Part shown: piece by piece, positions 26,113 to 39,454 of the stretch | Layout: each line of letters starts with the position of its first letter | Numbering within the stretch: position 1 is the stretch's first letter | From: Felis catus | Lineage: Eukaryota | Assembly: GCF_018350175.1 (NCBI RefSeq) | Contig: NC_058368.1 | Coordinates: 220,598,001-220,662,000 of the forward strand | Length of the DNA stretch: 64,000 nt | Reading direction: 5' to 3' | Notes under the pieces: model-generated | Told to the model about the DNA's origin: nothing | What the model saw: the letters and a program-made list of their open reading frames with translations, nothing else | Databases searched by the model: none | Program-made: the position numbers and the translations under genes

Positions 26113-26417
26113 AAAGATTATGAGAACTCTCTTACCTAAGATTATTTTATCTGAAGTCAGTCCTATACCTAGTAGAATCTAGAATCTCTATTATTGTGTA
26201 TAAAATAGTACAAATCTATCCCTCCAGAACTCAGATTAAGTCATTACTTGAATGTCCTTTTCACTGCTAAACTAGAATACATCTTTCTTGCTCTACCAGA
26301 GGCACAAGCATGGCATATAGTGCAGGTACGTTCTATATTAGCAAGGAAAAGGTGGAAGGAGGGAATGAAGGAAGGAAGGAAGACAGGAAGGTCGCAAGAT
26401 GAAAAGTAAATGTAATA

Positions 26418-26442
26418 GGGGTGCCTGGGTGGCTCTGTCTTG

Positions 26443-26486
<44 letters not shown>

Positions 26487-26728
26487 AATAAATAAACATC
26501 TTTTAAACATAAATTAAAGGGGTGCCTTATGGCTTAGTAGGTTGAGTGTCCATCGTCGACTCAGGGTCATCTTAATCTCATCTTAATCTCATGGTTCATG
26601 AGTTCAAGTCCCAGGTCTGGCCTACTGTGGTCAGAGCAAAGCCTGCTCTGGATCCTGTCCCCTCTCCTTCTGCCCGTGCCCCACTCACGCTGTCTCAAAA
26701 AAAAAAATTAGAATAAACATTTTTTAAA
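26418..26728 (+). mobile_element. Internally deleted SINE (26418-26505) followed by second SINE (26519-26728)
   Basis: Head GGGGTGCCTGGGTGGCTC fused to (CT)n tail; then a diverged full SINE. Confidence 0.85.
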
Positions 26729-26956
26729 AATCAATTAAATATACATTATCAACAATTGGAAAATATATTTCAAAATTCAACTTACAAAAATACTGAAACA
26801 TAAAATACTTAAAAATAAATGTGACAAGAGAATGCAAGATCTCAGTTAAAACTGCATGACAGTTGTGAACAAAATTATAGGATAAACCTAAATAAATGGG
26901 GAGATATAGTATCATGTTCCTGAAATGGAATATTCAATTTTGTTAAGATACCCATC

Positions 26957-27162
26957 TTTTTTTTAAAATTGTTTATTTTTGAGAAGGACATAGAACATGT
27001 GTGTGCAAACAGGGAAGGGGCAGAGAGAGAGGGAGACAGAGGATCCAAAGCTGGCTCTGCACTCACAGCAGAGAACCCCACCCAGGGCTTGAACTCATGA
27101 GATCATGAGATCATGACCTGAGCCAAAGTCAGATGTTTAAAGACTAAGCCACCTAGGCACCC
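26957..27162 (-). mobile_element. Can-SINE in L1
   Basis: Reverse SINE; TTAAGATACC on both sides. Confidence 0.9.
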
Positions 27163-27242
27163 TCTGCCCCATTAAGATACCAATTCTTAATAAATTGTTT
27201 ACACATTAAATAAACTCTCAATCACATTCCTGGAGTCATCAT

Positions 27243-27320
27243 CTCCTCCTCCTCCTCCTCCTCCTCCTCCTCCTCCTCCTCCTCCTTCTTCCTCTTCTTC
27301 TCCTTCTTCTTCTTCTTTCT
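27243..27320. repeat. (CCT)n/(CTT)n microsatellite
   Basis: Directly visible. Confidence 0.93.
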
Positions 27321-27981
27321 GAAATTGAATAAATGGCTGAAATACATTTAAAAACTAAGAATAAATTTTGAGGATGTACAGTAATTGATTTCAATACTAA
27401 TTATGAAGCTGTAGAAATCAAGCAGTGTCATTGCTGACATTCTGATCCATGGAAGAAAACATAGTTCAGAAACAGATCGCCAGCTATATGGTTCATTGAT
27501 TTTTGGCAAAGGGACCAAAACAGTATCATGATGTAAGAAAAGGCATTTCAGCACAAAGTGTTGGAAAACTTCACACACTTATAGAAGAAAAACAACAAAC
27601 TTAAAAATAAGCTTGGAGATGTTTGTGATCATATGCTAAGATCCCTACCTCATACCATACCTGAGAGTTAACTCAAACTGGACTATGGAATTAAATTTAA
27701 ATCTTAAATATATAAAACTAATAGAAGAGGAAGAAATAGGAGAAAATCTTAGCCAACTTAGTATGGAAGATGTCTCTGTTGTAGGTCCACATCAGGCTGT
27801 GGTTATCTCAGCCAGAAATAAACTGTGTTCTTAAGTCCTTTGAAGGTGAGCCAGATATTCAGAACTATTCATGTAATCTACAGTCCTACGGCCCTACAGT
27901 CTCTTTACACAGCTGCTAAAAAGATATCACTTTTAAATCTACGAAAACTATTTGTATAGTTCACATAGAAAAAGAAAATTT

Positions 27982-28197
27982 AATTTTTTTTTTCAACGTT
28001 TATTTATTTTTTGGGACAGAGAGAGACAGAGCATGAACGGGGGAGGGGCAGAGAGAGAGGGAGACACAGAATCGGAAACAGGCTCCAGGCTCTGAGCCAT
28101 CAGCCCAGAGCCTGACGCGGGGCTCGAACTCACGGACCGCGAGATGGTGACCTGGCTGAAGTCAGACGCTTAACCGACTGCGCCACCCAGGCGCCCC
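27982..28197 (-). mobile_element. Very young felid SINEC_Fc
   Basis: Most CpGs intact; perfect TSD GAAAAAGAAAATTT at 27968-27981 and 28198-28211. Confidence 0.97.
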
Positions 28198-29269
28198 GAA
28201 AAAGAAAATTTTAAATGCAAAGGCATAAAAAGCTTATCATCATTGGCCATTTACTGCTTATTTTCATCTTTGATAATCGCTCCTTTCCTCTCAATGAAAC
28301 CTTTCCAGAAGGAAATGTCAGGAGTTCCTGAATACTTTCTCTCCTAACCAAGTCTCTCTGTGATCTCCTCCTCCATTTCATCCCCACTTATGCTGATTCC
28401 TTCCTGAAAGTAGCTCAATTGTCATAATCTGAAATGTCTTCCCTTATGCTCTTTCAGATATGTGTGCTCTTTCCCATAGGCTCAGATTTTCTTATATAAA
28501 TGTGTGTCATTTAGTGAATGCCACAATTTATTTTGTTTTCTGTCTCTTTTTAGGTTTACCACAAAGCTCCACATTCTTTGATGGTAGAAACTAAAATTTC
28601 TCACCCGTGAATACCATCGCATATCATATTGAATTAGGAAGTACATGCAAAAAAAGGACTTAGTAGTGTATTATATTGATTACATCAGCCATTTCATAAA
28701 CATTGTGTATATTTTAAAACTTTAAATGACAAATTCAGGAGATGAAGAGAATATTTCAAAATTTGAACCACTAGTAACTGTAACTCATACAATAGATAAT
28801 AGAAAGTGCTGAATATCATTTTCTTGATCTCTTCAACAGCTGCAAAAAAACAGTCCTTAGTACTCTTTTAAAGTGAAAAAGAAAAAAGGTAAAAAATATT
28901 CTAGTTCCTATTTGATTTATAGCAATTAGAAAATTTTGGAAATGAAGGATTTGTTTCCAGGAAAGAATATACTCCTTGGAGCACTGAGAAGAAAGATTCT
29001 ACTTCCTTAAAAAAATTAATACTAATGGAATTTCTTTGGAGCAATCAATACTCCATACCAATGGACTAACAGGAAAAACCTGGAAAAAATAAGAGCAATG
29101 AAAAAGAGTACATAGAGAGGGCAAACCATAGTAGAGGAAATGTAGGTAGAAAAAGAGAAGAGCAGAATGTAAAAAGCAACAGACAGGTATACAGATCAAC
29201 ACCTAAGCAGTCACTTTAGACTCCTGAACCTGAATCATTAGAGTGTGACAGTGGGTACAGTTTGGCACC

Positions 29270-30350
29270 TGCAATGTATCAGATGTTCATTGTCTCTTGC
29301 TCTGTAATAATCTCCAGGATAACTACTCACCTCTACAACTATGATACCATCTTGGTCAGTGTCTCCTGTTCAACTCTTCCCTACTGTAATGTAGTCTCCA
29401 TACAACAGTCAGAGCAATACTTTAATATTTGTTAGAATTTTTTTATTAAGATATAAATGTAACATAACATTGTGTAAGTTTAAAATGTTTTTTTGATATA
29501 TTTATATATTGCCAGGATGATTACCACAGTAGCATTAGCAAATGTCACATACTTCCTTTTCATGGAAAGAACATTTAAGATCTAGTCTCTTGGCAACTTT
29601 GAAGCTAATAATACCATATTGTTGACTTTGATCACTATGCTGTAGATAAGATCTCCAGGGTTTATTTATCTATCAGTTGCAAGTTTGTACCCTTAAGTGA
29701 CATCTCCCCAATTATCCCAACACTAAACCCTGGTAATCACTATTCTACTCCCTGTTGCTACGAGTTCAGCTTTTTAAGATTCCACATGAGTGATATTATA
29801 CTGTATTTGTCTTTGTCTGTCTGACTTCTTGATCCAAAGACTTCCAGTGGCTTCTTTCCATATTTATTTAAAAAAGTAAATGCCCTGCAAGTCTCAAATG
29901 ATGTGGTTTCTTGCCACCTCTCAAGCACTATCAACTTCCTCTCTTCTCCTTTTTCTGCTCCAGGCATAAAGCCTTCTGTGCCAGGCACGGTGTTGCCTCA
30001 GGACCTTGGTTTTTGGGGTTCCCTCTGCTTAAAGTGCTTTTTCACATAAAGGCTCATAGAGTTCTCTTCCTTAAATCCCTGACTTTCACAGGTTAAAAAA
30101 TCCTCCCAGATTGATATTTCATATCTTTTACTCTGCTTCTTTCTATTTTATATCTTTAATATTATCTGAAATTGCAATAAATTTTACTATTATTATTATT
30201 ACTGTTATTATTAATTATCTATCTATCCCTTATGCTATGAGCTTCATGAAGTCAGGAACTTTATATGCTTCATTAATTTCTATGTTTCCAATGTCAAAAA
30301 AGTACTGGACATAGGAGGGAGCCAAAAATATTTGAAGAATAAATAGATAA
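29270..30350 (+). mobile_element. L2 fragment interrupted by an L1 3' end
   Basis: CTTCCAGTGGCTTC and 3' end TGAGCTTCATGAAGTCAGGAACTT..AAATATTTGAAGAATAAAT. Confidence 0.6.
29438..29828 (-). mobile_element. L1 3' end (L1MA9/L1_Carn-like)
   Basis: AAGATTCCACATGAGTGATATTATACTGTATTTGTCTT; ORF track DKDKYSIISLMWNLKK. Confidence 0.85.
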
Positions 30351-30639
30351 AAGAATCTTATGAAGTAGATATTATAATTGTAGAGTTGAATGGAGTAAAA
30401 TTCACAAAGTTAGCAATGTTTCCAAGATTCTATAATCAGCATTCAATCTCAGATATGTATAATCTCCAAAATGAAGTATGGTCTTAATCACTACACTACT
30501 TTGCCCTATCTTTGAACAGTCTAAGGGGAGAAATTGCAGTGCTTTAAGACTGACAAACAGCTTAGCAGAAATTCTAAGTGGGAACATCATGTGTGGGACA
30601 AAATAAAGAGAGACTTGCTGTAGAAACACGTTGGGTTTG

Positions 30640-30820
30640 TGGTCAGACAAGATCTGCACGCTTTCCTTCTTTCCATCTGTGCGACCCGTGGCAAGTAATG
30701 TTTTGAGTTTGATTTCCAAAACAATAAAATTCAAACCTACTTCTACATGTGCTTGAACAGACTCAAAGTTAACGTTTGCAAAATGTACGTTTCCTAGTAC
30801 ACGTTCAGTGATTAAAATGT
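30640..30820 (+). mobile_element. MIR fragment
   Basis: CTGTGCGACCCGTGGCAAGT diverged core. Confidence 0.5.
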
Positions 30821-31224
30821 GAATTCGTTTTGATTAAATACAGAATGAAATCCAAGTACAAATCAGTGTTATCATTTGTTCTTATATTTAAAAATAAATT
30901 ATAGTATGTTTGAGGTGTAGCATCTGAGTATTGGCACCACATGTTTTCCATTTTTGTCCCTTGACATCTAGCACAGTGTGTGGTACACCTAGTAAGTGTT
31001 TAGTGAATAAATATATGACTTGAGTTTTCTAGTCAAGCCCAGTGATGAGAAATGATAGATCTAGGAACAAACGTTTTGTGATGAGAGGTATAGCCTTCCA
31101 TTTCGTACTCCAAATGTTTTACACTCACAAGATCATAAAAGTGAAGCTCCAGTTAGGTGTTGGGAAAAAGAAAGAGTAAATTAAGTGGACAAGCTTTCAT
31201 GATTTCTTAGCTCCAAGGACGATA

Positions 31225-31860
31225 TGCTAGTTTATCCCAGGTTCCCCCCAGAAAATGGACCCTGAGGTTAAGAATCAGCCGTAACACTGAAAAAATGAAG
31301 AATAATCTTGGAGCAGTAGAAAGAAGGGGAAAGGACACCGGACAGGCTGGATTGGGAAGAGAATAAATATAAGGAGATGTGCTATGGCACTAGATGCCTT
31401 TTTGTATTTGAGGCTTAAAGAAACAGAGACAATTTCTTGCCACCTTCATCTGGTGACGAATGAGCCATGAGAATATCATAAGACAGGATGTTTGGAGAAA
31501 TCAGGCCTTGAAATGGTCTTACATAGATAAGGGAGAAAGGAAGGCATTGTTCATTTGCTTGCACCACGCCGCCCCCAACAGGGTTCTCCACATCAGGTTA
31601 TTCAAAATGTCTCTTGAGGGAATTAGCATGCTACTTCTCTGGGATTGCATCAGCTGGCCCATTCAGCAGTAGCCTGGAAACCAAAACTCATGTTGTACTG
31701 TAGGAGACCTTTCAACGGAGTGTGGAAGCAGAATAGGGACTTCGGCTCCTCATGAGGGCGCCACAGCAGCTGAAATGGAGAAAGGAGCTGAGAGAGTTAT
31801 GACAATAGGCAAAACTAAAGGAATCTGAGGAGCTCTGTGAAAGGTGTCCAATATATTTTC
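31225..31860 (-). mobile_element. Old ERVL-class LTR fragment
   Basis: CAGGTTCCCCCCAGAAAATGGACCCTGAG terminus similar to reverse ERVL LTRs; GC/purine shift. Confidence 0.4.
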
Positions 31861-32406
31861 CCAGCAAAGATTCTAGCAGAGAAATAACAACTTCACATTC
31901 CAACATTTCAAAGCCAATTTGCCTGAAATATATAATTTAATGGAAAAATTGTTTTCCTAGAACTAGAGAATGAGCAATAATTTCCATTCTGCTAGTCAGC
32001 ATATTTCTTCATTTCTCAACCTCCAACCTTCAAAAGAAAAAAAAAAAAAGAAAAAAAAAAACGACAACATGTATTCGAATGAATGAGTCCCTAGCATATA
32101 ATTTTGTCTTCTGATATGTAAATTCTCACAGTACAGCTATAGCACACTGAAAGCATTGAGTGTTTCGGGTTTATTTATATTTTACCTGTCTCTATGCATT
32201 ATTTCTTCTAAGTTCTTCTGTGTTTGTAAGTACTAGAAGCAATTTACAAATGTTTTTTTTTTAATCTTTCAATATAGCATAATAATGTAGGTTTATGCTT
32301 CCAATATTGCTTAGCAGGAATTTAATTAGTTTATAATTTATTAATTTAAGGAATTTTTTAAAAAATATGAAGTTATTGAAATTCTTTGTTAAAGAAATAA
32401 ATATAG

Positions 32407-32550
32407 GGCATGGGGGGGCACTTGTTGGGATGAGCACTGGTGTTGTATGGAAGCGATGAATCACGGGAATCTAACCCCAAAACCAAGAGCATACTGTATA
32501 CGCCATATGTTAGCCAACTTGACAATAAATTATATTTTAAAAAAAGAAAG
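32407..32550 (+). mobile_element. 5'-truncated felid L1 3' end
   Basis: GGCACTTGTTGGGATGAGCACTGG..GTTAGCCAACTTGACAATAAATTA + A tail. Confidence 0.88.
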
Positions 32551-32624
32551 ATATATAAGTGTAAGTTCAATATCAAAAAGAAAGATTGAAACATTTTACA
32601 TGGAGTTTGGTTTTAGTCATAGAC

Positions 32625-33237
32625 ATATTAGGGTTCTCAGAGGAACAGAACTGATATGGAGAACAAAGGCAAAAGGAATATAGAAACAAAAAATTAAACT
32701 TTCTTACAACTTGAAGTCCACTGACAGATACTTGGGACAGGCAATGTGACCTTCCTCCAGGAGATCTACGGCCTCAACATTAATACGTTGCTAGAGGCAA
32801 AAGACAACCTTCACTTGACATTAACTGGACCTCCAGGATCCTGTAAAAATCCTTTTGGAAATTTCCTTTATCTCTACCTCTCCCCACCCCAAGATACATG
32901 TTAGCAATCATCCTCCAAACATATGGCCAATTTATATACATCTGAAAGATCTCATGACCAATGTTTTACTAGACAGTAGAAAATGACCCAGCCCTTCAAG
33001 GTCCTGGAACCTTGCTTCCAAATTCTTTAGAGACTTACACTATCCCTAACTCCCTCCCAACTTGAAAGTATATAATCAGTCACTCCTCACAACCCCAGTG
33101 AAGTGCTTTCTGCCCACGGGTCCTGTCTCCATGCGTCAATAAAACCACTCTTTTTGCACCAAGGACATCTCAAGAATTCTTTCATGACCATTCGCTCCCA
33201 TACCCCAACATTTCACATCAGAAACAGTAGGACATAC

Positions 33238-33293
<56 letters not shown>

Positions 33294-33692
33294 TTATTAT
33301 GTGACTATGGAGGCTGAGAAATTCTATGATTCTGTCTGAAAGCTGGAGACCCAGAAAGGCCTTTGATGTAAGCCAGTTCAAGTTTGAAGGCCTAAGAAGT
33401 AGGAGAACTGGTGGTGTAAATCTTAAGGGCAGGAGAAGGTGAAAGGAGAAGTCCCAGCACACACAGTGAAGTATGAAAACAGAGGTGAATTCCACCTTCA
33501 TCTGCCTTTTATTCTATTCGGGTTCTTGATGGACTGGATGTTGCCCACCCATATCCTCACAGCAGGAAAGGCAATCTGCTTTACTGAGTACACCAATTCA
33601 AATGCTAATTTCATCCAAAAACACCATCACAGATACCTCCAGAATTAATGCTTAATCTGGGCAAATAGATACATAAAATTAACAGCCACACA
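32625..33692 (-). mobile_element. MLT2 (ERVL) LTR hosting a younger LTR and (TATATG)n at 33236-33295
   Basis: TATTAGGGTTCTCAGAGGAACAGAAC start; TGGAGGCTGAGAAATTC; CATAAAATTAACAGCCACA end. Confidence 0.85.
32652..33220 (+). mobile_element. Solo ERV1-class (MER34/CarLTR-like) LTR
   Basis: TGAT..ATCA inverted ends, TATATAA ~33069, AATAAA ~33138, near-TSD GAAC/GAAA. Confidence 0.85.
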
Positions 33693-36600
33693 GATTAAAG
33701 GAATTTAGCATATGAAAGTCAGTTTCCTATTTTATCACAACACACTCACAATGCCATTAATTCACACTATTTTCAGGTATGCAAACTATTTTGACAATAA
33801 TTTATTATAAAATATTGGCATTACTTGGATTTTAATTGTGAATGAGCCAAATGCTTTATCTTTAAAGAAATGACTTAAGATTTCTTCTTGGGAGAAGGTA
33901 AAATGGCTAGAAATGTAATACCTTTTTTCTTTTCCTGGTGGAAGAGAGTTAGATGTCTTTGCATATCAAGTGAACTACAGGAAATAATTTAACATTGTAT
34001 AGCTTAGTTGCCCAACTGATAAAAAGAATATATTACTCGCTACGAAATGACCTTGCATATATAACCTGAAGGTCTGTCCATAAAATAAATCCAGGCTAAA
34101 CTGCATTTTGAATAATGCCTCTGAAATTTCCAAGGGTCCTGATTCTTTGAATTTGAATCATAGATAAACACATAGATGATTCTGATTTTCTTTAACTGCA
34201 ATTAATGAGTCATAATTTTCATTTTTCATCTAGTGAGTTGAAGGATAGTTTGGTTTTCCAGTTTCTTTAGTTTTAAGTGATTACATTGAAATACAGGTTG
34301 TCATCTTACAAACAAGCACAGATCAAGGCTCCATTGGCCAATACCAAATGTAAAATTGATTATTATCTTTCCAAGACAAAATAAATCAGAGCCCTATGAT
34401 GTTGGGTTTTGTTTTTTCAGGATGTGTTTTCTAAGATCTCTGATTAAATGGGGAATTAGGGACTCTTCTGGTCATGCAACAGTGAATGAGCATGTGATAA
34501 GAGTGAAAACAAAAGAATTTATATTTCATTTCTAGTTTTTCTTAGGTTATTGAATTAGAACATTCTTCAGTGCACACATTACTATTTTATTAATAAACCT
34601 ATTTCAGCTTATGATTTTTTTTAAGTATGTCACAATCAAGTGTAATTATATGCTAAAAAAATGTTCAGGAATACAGTACACTTTATGAAAAGGTGCCATT
34701 AGAGACATGTGATTCAAAGTAATTTGTCAAATGTAGAAAATTTAAACTTATACTACTGGGTAATGTTGGTCACTGCAAATGAATAGAATTGTTCCTAGAG
34801 GCATTTGCAATGTCTTATCTCTACTCTCTCCATATGGACTAAATGCTTTGGTCTAAATTAATTTTATTGAATGCAATTTGAACATGTGTCTAGCTCAGCA
34901 ATGTTCAATCTTCCTTCCCTATATTTTTCATTAAATTTCAGACATTAGTAGTTTGTAGCAATGCTATGCATGTATTAACATTGAGTCCTTTACTTCACAG
35001 TTTTGGGCCTTTTTCTACGATTCATAAATTTGATGCTATTGAAATGTAGTTTACTTCCTTAGTAATCAACTTTATGTATTTTTCTTTTAGTGTTTCCATC
35101 TGAGATATGGAAATATATGTCTTGGTGAAGTGACCCTAAGGTAAAATATAAAAGATAAAAAAGTAAAATGACTCTAATATAGTTATAAAAATGAACACCT
35201 GCCAAAGGTTTTATTCAACTCATTTATTAATGAAAGAACATGATGTTAATAAATATAAAGGGCCTCTGAAAAAGTCTTTCTTCCCATTAAGGAAGGCATT
35301 TTGTATGAAAAGATAGACAGTATTTATCATCTTTCTGCCTAAATGGCCAAAGCACAGTTCATTGAAAATAATCTGTACAAATTCATATGTTAAGTATAGA
35401 TATGTGGAATGATTTTTCAAATCATTTTTTGTTTATATATGTCTTACTTACTTTTTTTACATCTTCTTCTCCTGACATATGTAATGACTCTGAGGGGAGA
35501 GAGTAATCTAATTCAAAAATACTATTACACAATCTCATAAGTGATTACTGTCTATGCTATGTCAGTCACTTTACCATGTAATCGAGAAGGAACAACACTC
35601 AAGACTGAACAGTGTCTGCTTTTAAAGAACTTAAGCTTACCTTCACATTTAAATATCAAAACAAATAGCCTGTCATTTAATTGAAACCCCTTTTATATCT
35701 AGTTAGCTAGCTAGCTAGCTAGCTATACATGCAGACAAATGAGGTTAGATCCCAAACACTAAGTAAAATTTTAAAATTAAGTTATTGTCTTTCTAACCAA
35801 ACAAACCAGGTCAAAATATCTCAATCACAGAAATCTATTTTCCTGGTGATAACTTTTAAGGTGTCTTTGGGCATTCAGAGATCTTAACAATGTGTATTTG
35901 AAAATGGTGAAAAAGTATTTTGCTATGTGGGATGGGTTATATCAGGAAACTGAGATTGAAATCAATATGGTAACTGGCATATTGCAAAGATTTAAAAGAT
36001 AACTCTTAATATGTCCTTGGTAAATTCATTTTTCTTTCTTGATTCAATGAAAAAAGTTTGCTTGTTTTTCATAATTTAGGAAGTTTATTTACCTTTTTAA
36101 TCAGAACATTTTTTTCTTCCAGAAACACATACAAATATTAATATTTCAAAATCCCAAAGTGTAAGATTCTGTGCAGTCTTTCTGATACACACACAAAAGA
36201 GAAGTCAAATTTTAAGATCAAACAAAACTAGTGTGGATATACTAATTTGAAAGGATTTCCTCTTGTGGCAGAATCCATACAATCTCTCTTTATCAAAATG
36301 CATAAACAGGCGTTGAATTTACAGCCCATTTTCTGACATTCACACAAAAAAATTAACTAATGCATCATATCTTTTGACTGACTTCCAATTTACTCATTTA
36401 ATCTAATCTAGAGGATGTGGATAAATTGGTGTTCGTGATATCAGGATTTGATCTGGAATTTTGAATGCCTGGTGAAATATATAAGACCAGGTCCTTGGCT
36501 TAAAAAAAGTTATTAAATGTCCTTGAGCAGCAGAACCATGAGTAATATTGTTTTTATTGTAGCGTTTTTATTGTAGCCTAGCTATCAACAGATATTTAAA

Positions 36601-38234
36601 CTAATTAACACATATTTTTGGAGCTTATCAGTGACAGTCACTCACTTCTGGTGGGTGAAACAGTTGCAGTAGACTGTGATAATAAAATGATATAAAAGAA
36701 AACTACAGACAATTCTGTTTTGAACACTCTAAACAAAAATCATATCTTTTCAGAAAATTAATTATGTACTTTCAAGCTTATCTAGCTCTTTTCCACCAAG
36801 ATTTTATATAATTATAGATAATGCATCTATAAAAGTCTTAAATTTTGTTTCACATAATCACTTTTTATTTGTATTCTGATTATATTGACATTTTTGTAGA
36901 CTCATGAATATGAAAAATGAATATAAAAGTTCCCTAGAGTTTCACTCTGTATTCCAAACTCTGAAAATTAAAATAATAAAAATATAAGTATAACATGCAA
37001 AATGTTATCTTTCTGAGAAAGTAACTTGAACATTTGTTACAGTTTGAAATACTAGGTCCTTTTCTCAAGGGGTTCCTATTTATAACTTTTCAACCAAAGA
37101 AAATACATTCCTTATTTAAAATTTACCAGTTATATTTGCAAAGAGAAAAGAAAAAAGTGCCTGGAAGCCAGATTTAACAACTGAAAATTGTATTCTATGA
37201 AAAATATTCACATTTATTTTAATTAATACACATTTTCTTCTTTTTTAAATTTGCTAGACATGTTCATAAGGGTATTGTCAGGTGGTTTGGCAATTTTAAG
37301 GAATTCCTAAAAAAGGTGAGTATATTATTTTATCATGGCACTTTTCAAACTAGATAGCACAGCTGTAAAAGTGAAATTACTAGAACTACCTAAAAAATGA
37401 TATATAAAGTACAAAAATAGCCTCTAACTCTCAATAGATTTTATGCTCAATTAATTCCTGAAGTTTACCAATAAAAATTGCTCTTTGTAAAATTGCTACA
37501 AATATGGGAAAATAAATTAGACTGTGTTTACTAGACCAGTAAGACTTGAGGAAATAATAGTTGTGATCCTAAAATTAAGATATATGTTGTAGGTGAACTA
37601 TTAATTACAAATTTGCTAAAGGAGAAAAACCACATTTCATCATGGAAGCACATATCTTCAGGCAGGACAGAGGTTCTAAGTTTTTTCTCTAAATGTGTTG
37701 TATAAAAAGTGATATGAAAAATTGAATGGCTATGAATTATCACCATTTGTTTGCATCTTGGCTGAATAACAACTTTAAACGCTTGATCATTTTGAGGAAC
37801 TGTGTGAGCTCTCTGTCTATTCATAAAAGAGAGCCAGCTCCCTTGGAAATCCCCCAACCCTATTAATTATCTGGCCCAATTTATAAAAATAGCATGCTGT
37901 GATAGTATCAAAGACATTGAAGACATTCAACTTTAGAAAGAATCTTGAGGGAATCAGATATATTAATAAGAAGGATGTAATTTGTTAAATATGAATATAT
38001 AGAAATGTATGTTTGTGACTTTATTAAATATACATAAATAGAAAAATGTTTTGTAAAAAGTAAATATATATATATATATGATATATGCTTTCAAAATTCT
38101 CTAGGAAAGTAAAAGTATTGTCATTTCCTCAATTTCAACTCTATGAATTTTATTTGTAAAAAAATGATCTGAACATTGATAAGAGAAGCTATCTTAAATC
38201 TCCAGCCAACATCCATTCTTTTCATCTTCCTTAT

Positions 38235-38447
38235 ATTTATTTATTTGTTTGTTTTTGTTTGTTTTAGAGAGAGAGAGAGAGAAAGCATGAGAAAGGGAGC
38301 AGGGTACAGAGAGAGGAAGAGAAAGAATCTTAAGCAGGCTTTACATTCAGTTTGGAGCCCAACACAGGGCTCGATTTCACGACCCTGGGATCATGACCTC
38401 AGCTGAAATCAAGCGTTAGATGCTCAGCCAACTGAGCTATCCAGGCA
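38235..38447 (-). mobile_element. Can-SINE
   Basis: Reverse SINE; TTCATCTTCCTTATA on both sides. Confidence 0.9.
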
Positions 38448-38745
38448 AACTTCTTCATCTTCCTTATAAAGAGAAGTCTGATTTATTTGTGTTGGTTCTA
38501 AGCATATTCATTAGTAATCACATCTTGAAATTCTCTTACAGTAGAGGAGATAAGAAAATGAGATTCAATTATTCTAAATAGGTTGAAAGTGCAAGTCTAT
38601 GACACCTGCCTACATCCACATTCTGTCTGAATTGCTGACACAATACACAGAAGTGGGGCTGTTATGAGCTCAAAAGGACAAAAGTCCAAACCAAGGTTGT
38701 TAGAACAGGAAGCTACAGAAAAAGAGTATGTGACTCTAATGAGTA

Positions 38746-38900
38746 CAGTAAAATCTTGGATTGAGAGTAACTTGTTCTGCGAGTGTTCCACAAGACAAGC
38801 AAACATTTCTAATAAATTGTAACTTGATAAACAAGTGATGTCTTGCAGTACGAGTAGTATGTAACACTAAACATCACATGATCACAACTGAGCCAATGGT

Positions 38901-38954
<54 letters not shown>

Positions 38955-39429
38955 CGCACACACGTGCGTGTGCACGTATTGTGGGATTGTGGTTGATCAT
39001 TAATGCAATGTCACATTTCCGTGAAATCCTCAAAAGAAGGCAAAAGCAAACGCCATTGGATAGCTTCCTTGTTAAAGTTGCACAAAAAGAAAAAGATTCC
39101 ATTGAACCAATAGATAGCAGTGATTCGCTTAGTGATAGTGAAAGTCGTCCTACACAATAACCCTCCCCTCTCCTGTCTCCCTCACACCAGCCACGAAGTT
39201 TTCAAAGGTAGGTGCAGGTTAATCTGTTTATTTTTCTTTATATTTTGTATTATTATTTGGTATTATGTTGCAGTATTGTAATCATTTTTATACGAATATT
39301 TTGGGGTTGTGGAATGAATTATCTAATTTTCCATTATTTTTAATGGGGAAATTCGCTTTGATATATATTCACATTGGATCACAATCTTGTTTCCAGAATG
39401 AATTATGCTCTCAAACTAAGGTTTTACTG
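38746..39429 (+). mobile_element. Non-autonomous Tigger/pogo-family DNA transposon
   Basis: TIRs CAGTAAAATCTTGGATTGAGAG / CTCTCAAACTAAGGTTTTACTG, TA on both flanks, transposase C-terminal remnant 39002-39160. Confidence 0.9.
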
Positions 39430-39454
39430 TATTATTCAGCATCTGCAGTGCAAT

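Larger units (their letters stand above)
26740..27770 (+). mobile_element. Ancient L1M ORF2 fragments
   Basis: CCTAAATAAATGGGGAGATAT..ATGTTC; TTGATTTTTGGCAAAGG; CCCTACCTCATACCATAC. Confidence 0.7.
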
